From Sphaerodactylus townsendi (taxonomy: Eukaryota): 64,000 nucleotides of DNA. Location: contig NC_059440.1 in assembly GCF_021028975.2 (NCBI RefSeq), forward strand, positions 31,186,001 through 31,250,000, given 5' to 3'. Made by a program: the position numbers and the translations under genes. Below are positions 52,267 through 64,000 of this stretch, piece by piece; position 1 is the first letter of the stretch, and each line of letters opens with the position of its first letter. The notes below the pieces were generated by a model that ran no database searches, was not told where the DNA came from, and was given only the letters and a program-made list of their open reading frames with translations.

Positions 52267-54191
52267 AGTTTGGATTTATATCCCCCCTTTCTCTCCTGCA
52301 GGAGACTCCTTGACCTTCCCCCCTCACAACAAACACCCTGTGAGGTAGGTGGGACTGAGAGAGCTCTGAGAAGCTGTGATTAGCCCAAGGTCACCCAGCT
52401 GGCGTGTGTGGGAGTGCCCAGACTAATCTGAATTCCCCAGATAAGCCTCCACAGCTCAGGTGGCAGAGCTGGGAATCAAACCCGGTTCCTCCAGATTAGA
52501 TACACAAGCTCTTAACCTCCTACACCACTTCTGCTCCTTTGTTAAAGGATAAGACAACAAAAAGCGAAGGCTTACTGTCGAAGGCTTTTGCGGCCAGATT
52601 CAACTGGTCGTTGTGGGTTTTCCGGGCTGTGTGGCCGTCTAGCAGACCACGGCCACACAGTCTGGAAAACCCACAACAACAGAAAGCCTTCTGTAAAACA
52701 GAAATCAGTACAGCCACCTGTGGGGCAGTGCAGCAGATGAGGCTACCTGATGCCAAATCCACCCTCTGCTCTGTCCAGCTGGGCCCGGTCTCCGTAAGTG
52801 GGCAACAGCTCTCTGGGTTCTCCTGCAGGGCAAGGTCCCGCCTCACACTAGCCTTCCCTGACTGTTTCAAGCAAAGAGGCCAGAGGCTTAACCAAAGACC
52901 TCTGGCATGCCAAGGACGGGTGGGGGCATGGCTCCTTCATGGCAAATTAAACCTGACTCCAAATGCAGGGTGCAGAAACTCACGGGGATGAGAGGAGAAC
53001 CAGGCTACCTTTGGGAGCGTGCCCACACCTACCGTGCTGCGAGAAACACTCTGACAGAGGACCTGGCTGCAGCTGCTGTGTGGGTTCGAGGCTACAAGCG
53101 TAGCTGAAATATTGTTTCTTCAGGCATCAGTCAAGTCAACGGGTGTGTTAATGTAATAAAAGAGCTGCCTCGCAGACGCCCCCTCAGCCCCGCCAGGCTG
53201 GCAAAGTTCAAGTCTGTGGGGACAGCCGCTCGACACACCAACAAAGACAAGCAGACAACCCACGTTGCTCCAGAATGTCTCAGAGATGCTAGAAAAGTTT
53301 GCAAACAAGCAAAAGGCTGAGCTTTCCCTCGCTATACAAAAAGTGGAAGGGAAAGGCTGTAAGACAGGGGCTTCTCCCCAGCGACTGCTGTGTTGCTGTG
53401 AACTTTAACAATCTCCTGCTTTTAATTAGCAAAGCCTCTGCAATTAGGGTTTGGTTTCCAAGCTCATCACACCCTGAAGCATCTTGCCAGACACTCCACA
53501 GCAGGAAGAGGCAAAGGCAGTGTAACAAAAGAGGAATGAAGATGGGGAAGACAAATTATTCCCGTCTGACAAACGAGGAAAGATGCTGAGGACTAGCACC
53601 TTGATGCACAACGCAAATAAATCAACCCATCGTCTAAGTCATGAACAACTGGATTCCACGGCCGAAGGAAGCTGAGGTGGGCACATTAAGAACATCCATA
53701 AGTGCCTCCCTGTTTTGTAGGATTCATTTCTGCTTTTGTATTGTCGAAGGCTTTCATGACCAGAATCACTAGGGTGTTGTGGGTTTTCCGGGTTGTGTGG
53801 CTGTGTTCCAGTAGCATTTTCTCCTGACCTGCAGGCGAAACATCAGGAGAAAATGCTACTGGAACACGGCCACACAACCCAGAAAACCCACAACACCCTA
53901 ATTTCTGGTTTTCATACCCAGCGATGGCTGCGTGGAACTCTTGGTCACATAATGCTTCCAACCTGCCCAGAAAAGAGCAGCACAGTTCACACAATTTATC
54001 TTTGCAGCCATGGGAGCTAGAAGCTGGTGATATTTTTTTTTTAAATGAAAGCTGGCATTTTTAAAAAGCTGAACGCAGTCCCTGATACAAATCATCCCAA
54101 ACAGTGAGCTCAAATATATCTCCAGATAGCTGCTGTAAAATTGATCAAGAAGAGAAGACACAGTGTTTAACAGACTTCCTTCTGTGATACA

Positions 54192-54232
54192 CCTCTGAAG
54201 ATGCCAGCCACAGATGCAGGCGAAACGTTAGG
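54192..54232 (+). ncRNA. Minimal type I hammerhead ribozyme motif in a Penelope-like fragment
   Basis: CCT-CTGAAGA-T-GCC-(loop)-GGC-GAAAC-GTT-AGG: both conserved core boxes, stem II GCC/GGC, stem I CCT/AGG, minimal palindromic stem III. Confidence 0.65.
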
Positions 54233-55659
54233 AACAAGATCCACCAGACCACGGCCACCCACCAGAACCAGCTGATCAAGAAGAATTTGTACATTCACTC
54301 TCTCTCTCATCAAGTTCCTAGTCCTCATCCTCAATCTCTCATAATATACCCTAGTCTATAAAGGTACCCACCACAACAGAGTTGGCAGGCTGGGAGCCAA
54401 GGGGCCCGTTTAGAACGAGAGATGTTACCGACTTTGGTGAACACCCCTGAATAAAAAAAAACATGTCTGGGGGGTCTGCCTGGCATTCAGCAACAAGACT
54501 CCAGCACCAGAGAGAAACCCGCCCTTGAAATGAAATGCCTGCCAGAAACACGACTCTCTCTTGTACGTTGCCTGTCTTAATTAAAACACAGGAGGGGACA
54601 TATTTCCCTGAACATTATGGACAGCCCCCCTCCCCTCCCTCACAATTTAATTCTCAGCCCTGGATGCTTTGTTTATTCTCATTAGCATATAAATGATGAA
54701 AGCCAGCCTTTGAAGCAAACCTGGGTGGGAGATGAATGGAGAAGAGATTCTATAAGCAAGGGGTGAGTGGATGGGAGACTTTTCCTTCCCCACTGACAGG
54801 GATCAGGTGGCAGGAAACAGCACGCACCAGGTTGTAGTCCAGAGAGACCAGAAAGGTTTGTGTGCTGTATTGTCGAAGGCTTTCATGGCTGGAATCACTG
54901 GGGTGTTGTGTGGTTTCCGGGTTGTATAGGCTGTGTTCTAGCAGCATTTTCTCCTGCCGTTTCGCCTGCATCTGTGGCTGGCTTGAAAGCACCCCAGATC
55001 AATGTTTGGCGTCCAGGGTGCTAAAACAGCACACCACCATGTCTAGCTTTGCAATACTCCACTAACACCAGCCTGAGCTTCCAAGATCAAACACAAAATA
55101 ATTTCCTATTATGGACAAAATAACTTCCTATTGTGGAGTCCATTGGCATGGACTCCTAGGCAAGAAGCTCAAAAGGAAAAAAAAGAGAGAGAAATTCAGT
55201 TGAGTGTAAGAGAACTGTTGCATTTTTCATGACACCCCCTGGGGAGAAATCAACCCCCCAGGGCTCAAGGACAGCCAGCCAGCCTGGCTAAATTGCACCT
55301 GTTTGTGATGGCGAAGCGTTTGGAGATGCCATTTCCCCAATCAAGAGCTGCAACCCAACCTGTCAGAGCTCGCCTAATGGTGATAAAGAGTCCCAGGCAA
55401 GAGGCGTCTCATCTGAAAGTTTCTCCAAGCTTGAAAAATAGAGAGGAACAGGGGTGGGGGCATGGGGGCTGCTTTTTTTAAAAAAAATCTTGCTTTGCTG
55501 CTCTTGTCTGTTATATCTAATGGAAGTCAAACACATGCACACACATGTCCGCGCGCGCGCACACACACAGAGTATAATTGCTTCATTAAAAGTGGGGAGA
55601 AAGAGAGGGGGCATTTTCAAAAGCCTAAACTCTTTGTGCTACTAGTTGGAACTAGTTTT

Positions 55660-55746
55660 CTTATCAGGGCTAAGTGGTCAGACTTGGCTTACTGGGGTCT
55701 GGCCGGCTTGGGGCAGCAAGAAAACTTCCTCAGAGGGGGCTATAAA
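55660..55746 (+). promoter_or_regulatory. Proximal promoter of the RNP-like gene
   Basis: TATAAA at 55741-55746, reverse GATA (CTTATCA) at 55660 and TAAGTG at 55671; a further TGATAA at 55381. Confidence 0.55.
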
Positions 55747-55826
55747 GGAAGTTCTCTTCCCACAAGAGGCTGTTCCATATCCCAGGCTCAAGGCGAGGAG
55801 GGACAGCAGAAGGAGAAGCAGGCAAG

Positions 55827-56334
55827 ATGACTGGCAGCATCACCCTGGGCTGCTGCTGGTCCCTTCTGCTCCTGCTGTGCTTGCAAGGTCTGCTGGGCTC
55901 AGCCCATCCAGTGACCTGGAACCCCCCCAGCCAGGAGCTACAATCCCTGCAGGTAAGGAGGAGATGGAACTGGCTTAAGGGTGGTCGTGTGCTGGCTACT
56001 CAAGGGACTGGCTTGGCATGACAAAGGATGGTGGCCTCCCTTCCTGGCACACCTGCCAAACCTCTCAAGGGCCCAAGAGCTATTTCTGTAGGGATCCTGG
56101 GATTTAGAGATGGTGGCTGATTTTCCTGGGAGTTCCCACACAAAAGGCACTTTGGAGGGTCTGGCACATTTTCACACTCTGCAGCCAGCCAAGGGAGGGG
56201 GGGGGGCGGGTTAGGGGTTTGCCATGCAGGCACCACAGATAGCAAGCATCAAATGGGGACAGGTGTGGACCTCTTTTCTCTAGAAGAGCAAGGAGGAAAG
56301 AAGCAGAAATTAAATACATTTTTGAGCCTGGGGG

Positions 56335-56395
<61 letters not shown>

Positions 56396-58879
56396 TAGGA
56401 TTTATACCCCACCTTTCTCCTTTCTCTTGAGAGCCAGGTGGGACCCGGAGGAGAGGAAGTTCCTGAGAGAAGGCTAGAGGACTAGCTCAAAGGTCCCCAC
56501 CTGCAGAAGCTCTACATGCTGCTGGCAGGTGCAGAGAAACAAATCCAGTTCACCAGATAAGAGTCCACTGCTCATGTGGATGAGCGGGGAATCAAACCCT
56601 GTTCTCCAGATTTCAGTCCACCTGCTTTTAACCACTCCACCACACTGGTGATTCTCTCCAATCCAGGTTTCCATTCCAAAATTCCTAGCTGTCATCATCA
56701 ATTTTTTTAAAAAATCTATATTTCCAACTACAGAACTGTATGGATTTGAATGGAAACCGTTTCTGTAGTTGGGAGTGTGTATTTTTTCCTTATAATGTAA
56801 AAACTTCAAACTTGGCAAAGCTAATGTTAAATACAGCTTGCCTGAAAATCAAGAACTCATTTAAATAACGGGCATCAAAATCATACCCTACCCCAAAGAA
56901 AAGCCAAACCTCGAATGCTGAAATTGTACCAAAACTACAAAAAAAAATGTATGCAAGATTTAATTTGTACTCCTGTAAGAAAGAAGACCACGATAGACCA
57001 ACCTTATCAGATCTCAGGAGCTATGCAGCGTCAGCTCTGGTTCGTACTTGGAGGTGAGGCCACCGGGAAGTCAAGGGTTGCTATGCAGAGGCAGGTGAGG
57101 TATCTTAAATCAGTAATTCAAATCGCAGGCAGCAGCCATCAATTTCTCCCTAACAAAACAGCCTTTGTATTGTTGAAGGCTTTCACAGCCGGAATCACTG
57201 GGGTGCTGTGTGGTTTCTGGGCTGTATGGCCGTGTTCTAGCAGCATTCTCTCCTGATGTTTTGCCTGCATCTGTGGCTGGCATCTTCAGAGGATCTGATG
57301 ATCATCTGATGATCTGATCTGATGATCATCTTCAGAGGATCTGATGATCATCAGATCCTCTGAATACGCCAGCCACAGATGCAGGCGAAACGTCAGGAGA
57401 GAATGCTGCTAGAACACGGCCATACAGCCTGGAAACCACACAGCACCCCAAAACAGCCTTTCTCCATCTTTTTAACAGAGGAGGCAGTCCTTGTTTATAT
57501 TCTTGTTTATATTCTCTCTGGTTTCAGGACCTTCTGGAGAGGCTGAAGGAGAAGTTTCCAGAAGGAGAAAAGGACCCTTTGGAACTCGAAGCCTCTGACT
57601 ACGGGGCAGACCCTGCAGACGACGACACAGACTTTGACCTCCTACTCAGCCTGCTTGATCTTCAGAGCCCTCTCAAGCAGGCCGAGATGGAGGAGCAGTG
57701 GAGAACATTCCTTGCTTCTCCAAAGCGGAGGCACCATTTCTCCGGGTGCTTTGGGACCAGACTGGAGCGGATCGGATCCCGGACGGGACTCGGGTGCAAT
57801 TTCTTCAAAGCCCGTAAGTCTTTTCAATAATAATTTTCATGTTTATGTGTGTGCATGAACAGAGCAAGAGTGCAATCTTGTGAATTGCACTCAGCAGGAA
57901 ACCAGATACAACCTCAATTCTTCCATGAGGGTACATCCGTGTTCTTGAGCATTCAGAGGAGGGGTTGGGGCTCAGTGGAAGAACCACTGAATTGGATGAG
58001 AAAAGTGGGGTATAAATCCAAACTCCTCCTCCTCCTCCTCTTCCTCCTTTTCTTGGATTAAATTTAAATAGGGGTCAACAGAATGAAGAGAGTTCCGTGT
58101 GAGGTCTTGTTAATTTTCTATTGAACTGGAAAGTCTGGGGCTTGCATATTCTCAACACCTATCCAAGGGGACAGCATCCGCTTATGTACTTAAATATTTA
58201 TATACCCATCTTTCTCTCACACATCCCAGAATTCAAGATGGATAACAACCAAATCCAAACAGTATAAGCAGTATAATAAAACAAAACATTAAAAATGGGT
58301 AGCTTGCAAACTGCCCCAGGGTCTGCCCCTGACATTCCAGAGAATAAGCTTTGGGAATGATTTTTCCAGCCTGGGTGCCCCTGGAGAGCCAATCAGAGTA
58401 GAAAAACTGAGCTAGATGGACTTAAAAACTGACTTAGGGTAGATGGTGCAGAAAGGAGGCAACGGCATCTACTCGGGGGGGAAAAACCTCAGTTGGTTCT
58501 GATATTCTGGTTCTGCCAGCAGAACCCTCGCAGGGGAAAACTTCTTGTGGAAGGTCCCTGCTCACCTGAGCAGCACAAAAAAGGTAGCCACGAAATTGTG
58601 GCTCCACTCACAGGAAGTCCCAGTTTCCTCTGAACAAAGATGGGGGTCTGATTTCAGGTGAGGGATCACCTTCTTTGCAACAAACCTGTTTAAGCAGAGA
58701 GAGAGAGAGAGTCAGCTGCAGCAAATCCTAAGACTAAGTCCGTGCACTAGAACAGAGGTGGGCTATTGTTGGCCTGTATCACGCCCCTTTTAGCAACATC
58801 TCCCCCCCCCCCCAACTAAAAGTATCACCAACACCTCTCTTGTCTTGTTTTAGGTTCTCGGAGGAAACCCAGGAGTTGA
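55827..58879 (+). CDS. Natriuretic peptide precursor, RNP (renal natriuretic peptide)-like
   Basis: Exon 1 55827-55952 (MTGSITLGCCWSLLLLLCLQGLLGSAHPV...ELQSLQ), exon 2 57528-57813 (DLLERLKEKF...SPKRRHHFSGCFGTRLERIGSRTGLGCNFFKA, phase 1), exon 3 58854-58879 (completes R, then SRRKPRS*). 17-residue ring and ANP/BNP-type 3-exon layout; AATAAA at 59101-59106. The gene is secure; the RNP label is inferred from position between CNP3 and BNP and from the unusual ring. Confidence 0.85.
56338..56391. repeat. (TC)n microsatellite
   Basis: Uninterrupted dinucleotide run. Confidence 0.95.
57170..57449. mobile_element. Penelope-like element terminal fragment in inverted-repeat form
   Basis: Family sequence TTGTCGAAGGCTTTCACGGCCGGAATCAC...GACGTTTCGCCTGCATC...CTTCAGAGG plus its reverse complement. 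Other copies ~2220-2325, 17184-17332, 17515-17697, 35494-35645, 45106-45252, 47753-47932, 52575-52680, 53741-53897, 54172-54260, 54870-54981. Confidence 0.7.
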
Positions 58880-59365
58880 AAACAGAAAAGAGTCTACACT
58901 TCTGTCTTGCCAAGGCCTTTAAGCCCCTTTCCATACACACACCTTTGATATGACCCCTGAATGTACAGAATGCAATCCAGATTCCCAGAAATGATGCTTC
59001 CTATGCTGTGTATAATCTATATCCTCATGCTTCATGTATGGCTATAATTGATAACAGCGAAATTTCATCCTGCTGGAATGGGGTTCTGGGGTGCATTATC
59101 AATAAACGTTTTGTAGAAATTGAGTGGTTTGCTTTGGGGAGGGGCTCTGAAAAGCTAACGGGTTTATGGGAGCAAACCATGGCTGAATTCTGACACCCTC
59201 ACAAGAAAAGCCAGCATGATGCAACAGTTAAGAAAGGCAGACTATAATCTAGAGAACTGGGTTTGATCCCCGCCTCCTTCACATGAGCCACGAACCTTAG
59301 CTGGTGAACGGGATTTGTTTCCCCAGTCCTCCACATGAAGCCTGCTGGGTGACCTTGGGCTAGTC

Positions 59366-59799
59366 CAGGGGTGGGGAACCTTTAACACTCAAAGAGCCAT
59401 TTGGACCCATTTTCCATGGGAAAAGGAAACACTTGGAGCCGCAAATAATTTTTGACATTTAAAATAAAGATAACACTGAATATATTGGGTTTTTTTTACC
59501 TTTTACTCCGCTCATTCTGAGAAGCGCATGGATGCGTCCGCCCTGCTGCCTGCAGGGCGGGCAAGGATGGGGCCAGCGGCTCGGCCTTGCTGGCCGCCGG
59601 GAAAGCACCTGCCCCGCTCCAACGGGGCAGGCGAGAGGGGAAGCCCGCGGCGCGGCCCAGCCGGCCGCAGGCAGTTGGTGCGCCCACCCTGCTTCCTGCA
59701 GGGCGGGCAAGGATGGGGCCAGCTGCTCGGCTCGTGGAGCCGCAGTGCAAGAGCAGAAGAGCCGCATGCGGCTCTCGAGCCGCAGGTTCCCTACCCCTG
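59366..59799. mobile_element. Non-autonomous hAT transposon nested in a SINE
   Basis: Same family as 13987-14436; perfect TSD GGCTAGTC; interrupts a tRNA-derived SINE spanning ~59210-59938. Confidence 0.9.
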
Positions 59800-62118
59800 G
59801 GCTAGTCGTTCTCTCAGAACTCTCTCAACCCCACCTACCTCATAGGGTGTCTGTTGTGGGGAGGGGAAGGAGTTTGTAAGCCACCCTGAAACTCCTTACA
59901 GGAGGGAAAAGTGGGAAATACATCCAAACTCTTCTTCAGAGACACGGGGGTGCTTTAGATTCACAAACAACTGGATATTATTGCTAGTAAACCCTCTAGA
60001 GGCAAACTGAGCACTGGTAGAGCAGGCAGACACCAGGTTACTTTTTAATTACTGGCTGCCATTTTGCTTCTCTGAATTTATTGCCTTTTATTCTTATACA
60101 TTTTACGAGACACCCCGAGTGCTATTCTTGGCAGAAGGGCAGGTTTAAAAAAATAATCTAAATAAATACCCAATTAAGCAACAACATTTGCTTTTCAATT
60201 AAATCTGGGGCACATGCTCAATTGAACAAAAGGTTTCTGAACAGTTAATCTAACCAATTCACTATTACATGTTCATTAGAATGATTAAATGTCAGAGGAC
60301 TGTTACAGGTCTAAATCTGCAGCTTAATTAATCCAGTAAACCCACTAGCTTCCCTGGATACACCCCCAGTTCTGACCCCATCAGCACAGATGACATCTGA
60401 ACTTTGGCACATCACTGGAGGAAAGAGACCCCTCTCACTTTCAAAAGACCAAGCGTGCAAACGCTAAGGATGCCAGTATGCCGGAGGTTAAAGGCAATGT
60501 TTAAACAGTGATTAAAACCTCCCCCTTTCTCTCTGGCACTTCCAACGATCTCGTGTGTCTATGGTGTTTCTCCCATTCTTCATTTGCCTGACTGTCGTTT
60601 TATGCATGGCAGCTTGCTCTTTTAAGAGCAGCATAAATTATTGCTTTTTAAACAAAATAAATAGTTGTAGGCAATCTGAATTGGACACATAAAAGCCACA
60701 ATTCCCATAGCCTGAAGAAGCAAAGTAGATAAATAAGTAACCACCTAGATTTGCTGTACATGTGGAGAGAGGAAAATACAGACACCCTCCGGCAACAGCC
60801 GAGAAAGGGGAAGAGAAGCCTCATGTCTGTCCTTTTTCGAGGACTAGAGGAATCCAGCCTTGCAAAAGAAACAAATTCCATTGACCATAAAAAGAGAGTT
60901 GCAGTGAATGGCCCCACCCGGCTATGGGAGTGACCATCGGCCAAAGGCCTGCAGGTTCAGCACCTTGGACAACAGCCAGAGAGGTCCTCCACAGTCCCAG
61001 TTTTCTATCCCACAAACACTTGAGACCGTCTCCTTTGTGAAGGTCAAAGAACTACACAAACAAATTTGTGGACTGGAGAGAGTGGTTTCCCAATGCTGCC
61101 TAGATAATTGTGCCTTTTAACCGAAAAGCGACTGGCCTCCCGTTACGATCGCAAAGGCAGCCAAACAAGACAAGATGAGAATTTCCCAGGTACACACAGG
61201 AAAAGACAGCGCTTGGTAAATTAATGGAAAGAAAAAAGATCTCCCAAACAGCTTGATTTTCTGCATTTATTTACTACCTATATCCCACCAGTGGGGGCTC
61301 AAGGCTGCATACATTATTCTCTTCTCCATTTTATATTCACAACAACCTTGCAAAGGACACAAGGTGCAAGGTGATTTATTACGGTCATAGACCAGCATCT
61401 GTGAAGTATGCAGAGAGTGTGTGAGGCCACCCTAAAAGCCTCCATGGCAGAGTAGGTTTCAAACCTCAGTCTCCTAGATCTTCCTTCAATGCTAAAACCA
61501 CACAGGACTGCTCACGGCTCCAGATCTAGGGAACATAAAAAACAACGGAGAGGCAGTTAAAAGGGAAAGGGTGAAGGGGGCCAGCCATACTTCTGTGCAT
61601 GGGCAGAGAGATTCTCCTTTACTGCTGAGTAAACATGCTAAAGCACCCCACGGATTAGAAACTAGAGTTTCTTAGTCAAAGGGCATGACTGCTAGGTATG
61701 TTTAAGACTTGGCCTCTTGCGGCTGAAGAGTTCATGCAGTGTAATGAACACAAACTGAATCTCTGGCTCAACCAAAACTGTTGGCAGTTCTTGTAAGGAA
61801 TGGCTCTTGGGGCAGTGTCCGGACTGTCCATGTCCCTGCTCTCGGAGCCTGCCACTCTTTCTATACAAGGTGATCTTGCCTTTGCATTTTGAGGGAGTTT
61901 CAGAGAGCCCCCTCCTCCCACACTCCCCAACAACCTGGGAAACTCTGGAAGGAAAGAATTTCCGGGGGGAGGGGTGTAATCGCCATGCCTGGTATCAGCG
62001 GAGGGGGCAGGCAGCATGAAATCACTGACTTGTGACTCGCATGCCTCAGGAGCAGCTGCTAATGACACCTAATAAAGGGAATCTTCTCTTCGAGGAGCCG
62101 CATGCCAGCACTGGGACT

Positions 62119-62173
62119 GGAATGTGCCCCAGATAACCTAAGGAAGCAGGGCTGGCACCTCAAGGGTATATAA
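62119..62173 (+). promoter_or_regulatory. BNP proximal promoter: M-CAT, GATA, TATA
   Basis: GGAATG (TEAD/M-CAT) 62119-62124, AGATAA 62131-62136, TATATAA 62167-62173; the M-CAT/GATA pairing is characteristic of mammalian NPPB promoters. Confidence 0.7.
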
Positions 62174-62290
62174 GACCGGCCAGGGGAAAGGGGAGAGCAC
62201 AGGACGGGAAGCACAGAGAGCCAGAGACTCATCCCAAAGGACTCCTGCTCCACCGAGGCTTCTCTCTTGATTCCCAGCGGACCCAACAGC

Positions 62291-62410
62291 ATGGACGTGA
62301 ACAGAGCCGTGTTTCTCAGCTGCTGCCTGCTGCTTCTCTTTGGCGTCCAGCGCCCTGCGGCCCACCCTGTCGACAGCCTAAGCCCCGCCAAGGAACTAGC
62401 CAGCATGGAG
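62291..62410 (+). CDS. NPPB: B-type natriuretic peptide precursor, exon 1 (rest beyond the window)
   Basis: MDVNRAVFLSCCLLLLFGVQRPAAHPVDSLSPAKELASME followed by GTAAG; LSPAKELASME matches the sauropsid BNP propeptide as I recall it from chicken. Mature peptide not visible in this window. Confidence 0.8.
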
Positions 62411-63869
62411 GTAAGGAGCCCCGGGGGTCCATAAAGCCAAGCTTTATGACAAACTCAGCAGCAGATTACTTAACTTGTGCAGTTCACCACCCCAACAGGT
62501 GGCCATGGAGTTTTAGTCTTTCAGTAACTATTTGCTGGCCTGGTCTGGATGGCTAGTTTGACCCTCAAATCTCAGAAGCTAAGAAGGGTCAGCTCTGGGT
62601 AGGATTTTAACAGGAGACCCCCCCCCCCCCCAGGAAGGCTATGGCAAACCACCATTGCTAGTCTTTTGCCTTCAAAACTCTACAGGGCTGCCCTACGTTG
62701 GCTACAACTTGACGGCACTTTACACACACTTTACTATGAGCCTGGGTCATTAAGCAGAACCTTCCTGCTCAGAGACAGCCTAGCTTTCAATAGTAGTAGT
62801 TGCAGCGAACAAAGTGGGGAAGAACAGCCTTCCTTGGGGGTTCCATGGAAGCACGTGGTTGACCACCGACGGAAACAGGGTGTTAGATCTTTTTTTTTTT
62901 GGTTACAGTTGGTCCAAGCTATCTTACTTCATTTTCACTTAACAAATCAATTTACTGCCACAGAACATAACAGTCCTTCATGCAAGTGATTTTTTTCTTT
63001 TAAAAAAGGTTCATATAAATTCATGGGGCCTCCATGAGCAATGTTGAAGCCAGGAGGAGACCAATAGTTGACCAGTGTTTAGAGTCAGGGTGATGGGCCA
63101 GGCAGAATTTTGAGCTGATAAAATACTGCCATTCTTAGAAGAGGCTCAGAGGGGGAGTCTGTGCATGTTTGTAAAAAAATCCCAGATCTTCAGAAGAAAG
63201 AGAGACAAAGCTGGAGTGAGCTTTTTTGAAATTTGGAATTATGCTCGCCTTAAAGGGGGGGACCCCACATATCTAAAAAGCTCTGGCACCACCAGCTTGC
63301 TAAGGACACACGTTTTTGAGGCCTCACAGCAAAGCAGAGGAGCTGTGGCACGACGTGGAGAAATTGTTACAGCCGCATCCTGAATATAATTTGGCTTCCA
63401 GCAGCTGCCTTTTCACAGAACCTTCGTTACCTTTTATGGTGGCTGTGAGTACAGCTGTGAAAAGATCTCTGCCTTGCTTGGAGGAACTTGGAACCTAAAA
63501 TTTTTATTTCAAAGAAGCAATAAAAAAGAAGAGGGGATATGCTAACTTAATTGTATTTAGTCCCTCCCTCTTGCCTTTGACTTTACTGGTTTTAAAAGGA
63601 AGGGTGAATAGTTCTGCTGGTTTTACTGGTGTACTTACGATGCATTTAAGGCTGCCAATTGATTACTTTGCTTCTACGCCTTGGGAGCATGGAAGCCACT
63701 GGATTTATGCTTGTGTGACTCTTTCAAATAAAAAAATGTATATCGGCGCTATTTTAACTTAGGGACAGGAGCATGATACAGTATAGAAATTCATCAAGTG
63801 TGTCTTTTCCCATGCTACTGGGTTTCCACACCAGGGGAAAAGGACCCCTCTGAGATCTGTAAAAACATA

Positions 63870-64000
63870 GGCTGATTCCGCATGGGCCAAAAACAGCGGT
63901 GTGAAAATGGTGTGAAAACAGTATAAACCCTTTTACACCATTTTAAACCCTTTTACACCATTTTTACACCGTTTTCACACTGCTGTTTTAGGCCCATGCG
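63870..64000. mobile_element. Palindromic MITE, probably PIF/Harbinger type, cut by the window end
   Basis: Starts GGCTGATTCCGCATGGGCC; reverse complement GGCCCATGCG at the window end; internal inverted GTGAAAA/TTTTCAC arrays. Confidence 0.6.

Overview
Vertebrate genomic DNA. The repeat content (CR1, Penelope-like fragments, tRNA- and 5S-derived SINEs, hAT MITEs) points to a squamate, probably a gecko (inference). The window covers the conserved PLOD1 - KIAA2013 - natriuretic peptide cluster region. Order: PLOD1 exons 1-17 on the minus strand (last exons lie outside the window; exons 3 and 14 have indels/stops, probably assembly errors); KIAA2013 on plus with its CpG island; an intact multi-exon membrane guanylyl cyclase of about 710 aa; then three tandem natriuretic peptide genes on plus: CNP3-like, an RNP-like peptide with an ERI ring and basic tail, and exon 1 of BNP. 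The cyclase is the most notable object. Its layout is TM - helical extracellular domain - TM - coiled coil - cyclase, with no kinase-homology domain and no H-NOX domain. By eye it resembles the NIT-domain guanylyl cyclases described mainly from invertebrates. Also present: many Penelope-like fragments carrying minimal hammerhead ribozymes, hAT MITEs with clean 8-bp TSDs, two small local duplications, a 60-bp minisatellite and a 151-N assembly gap. Exon boundaries were derived by hand from GT/AG sites and reading frame; family assignments come from recalled motifs, not from database searches.
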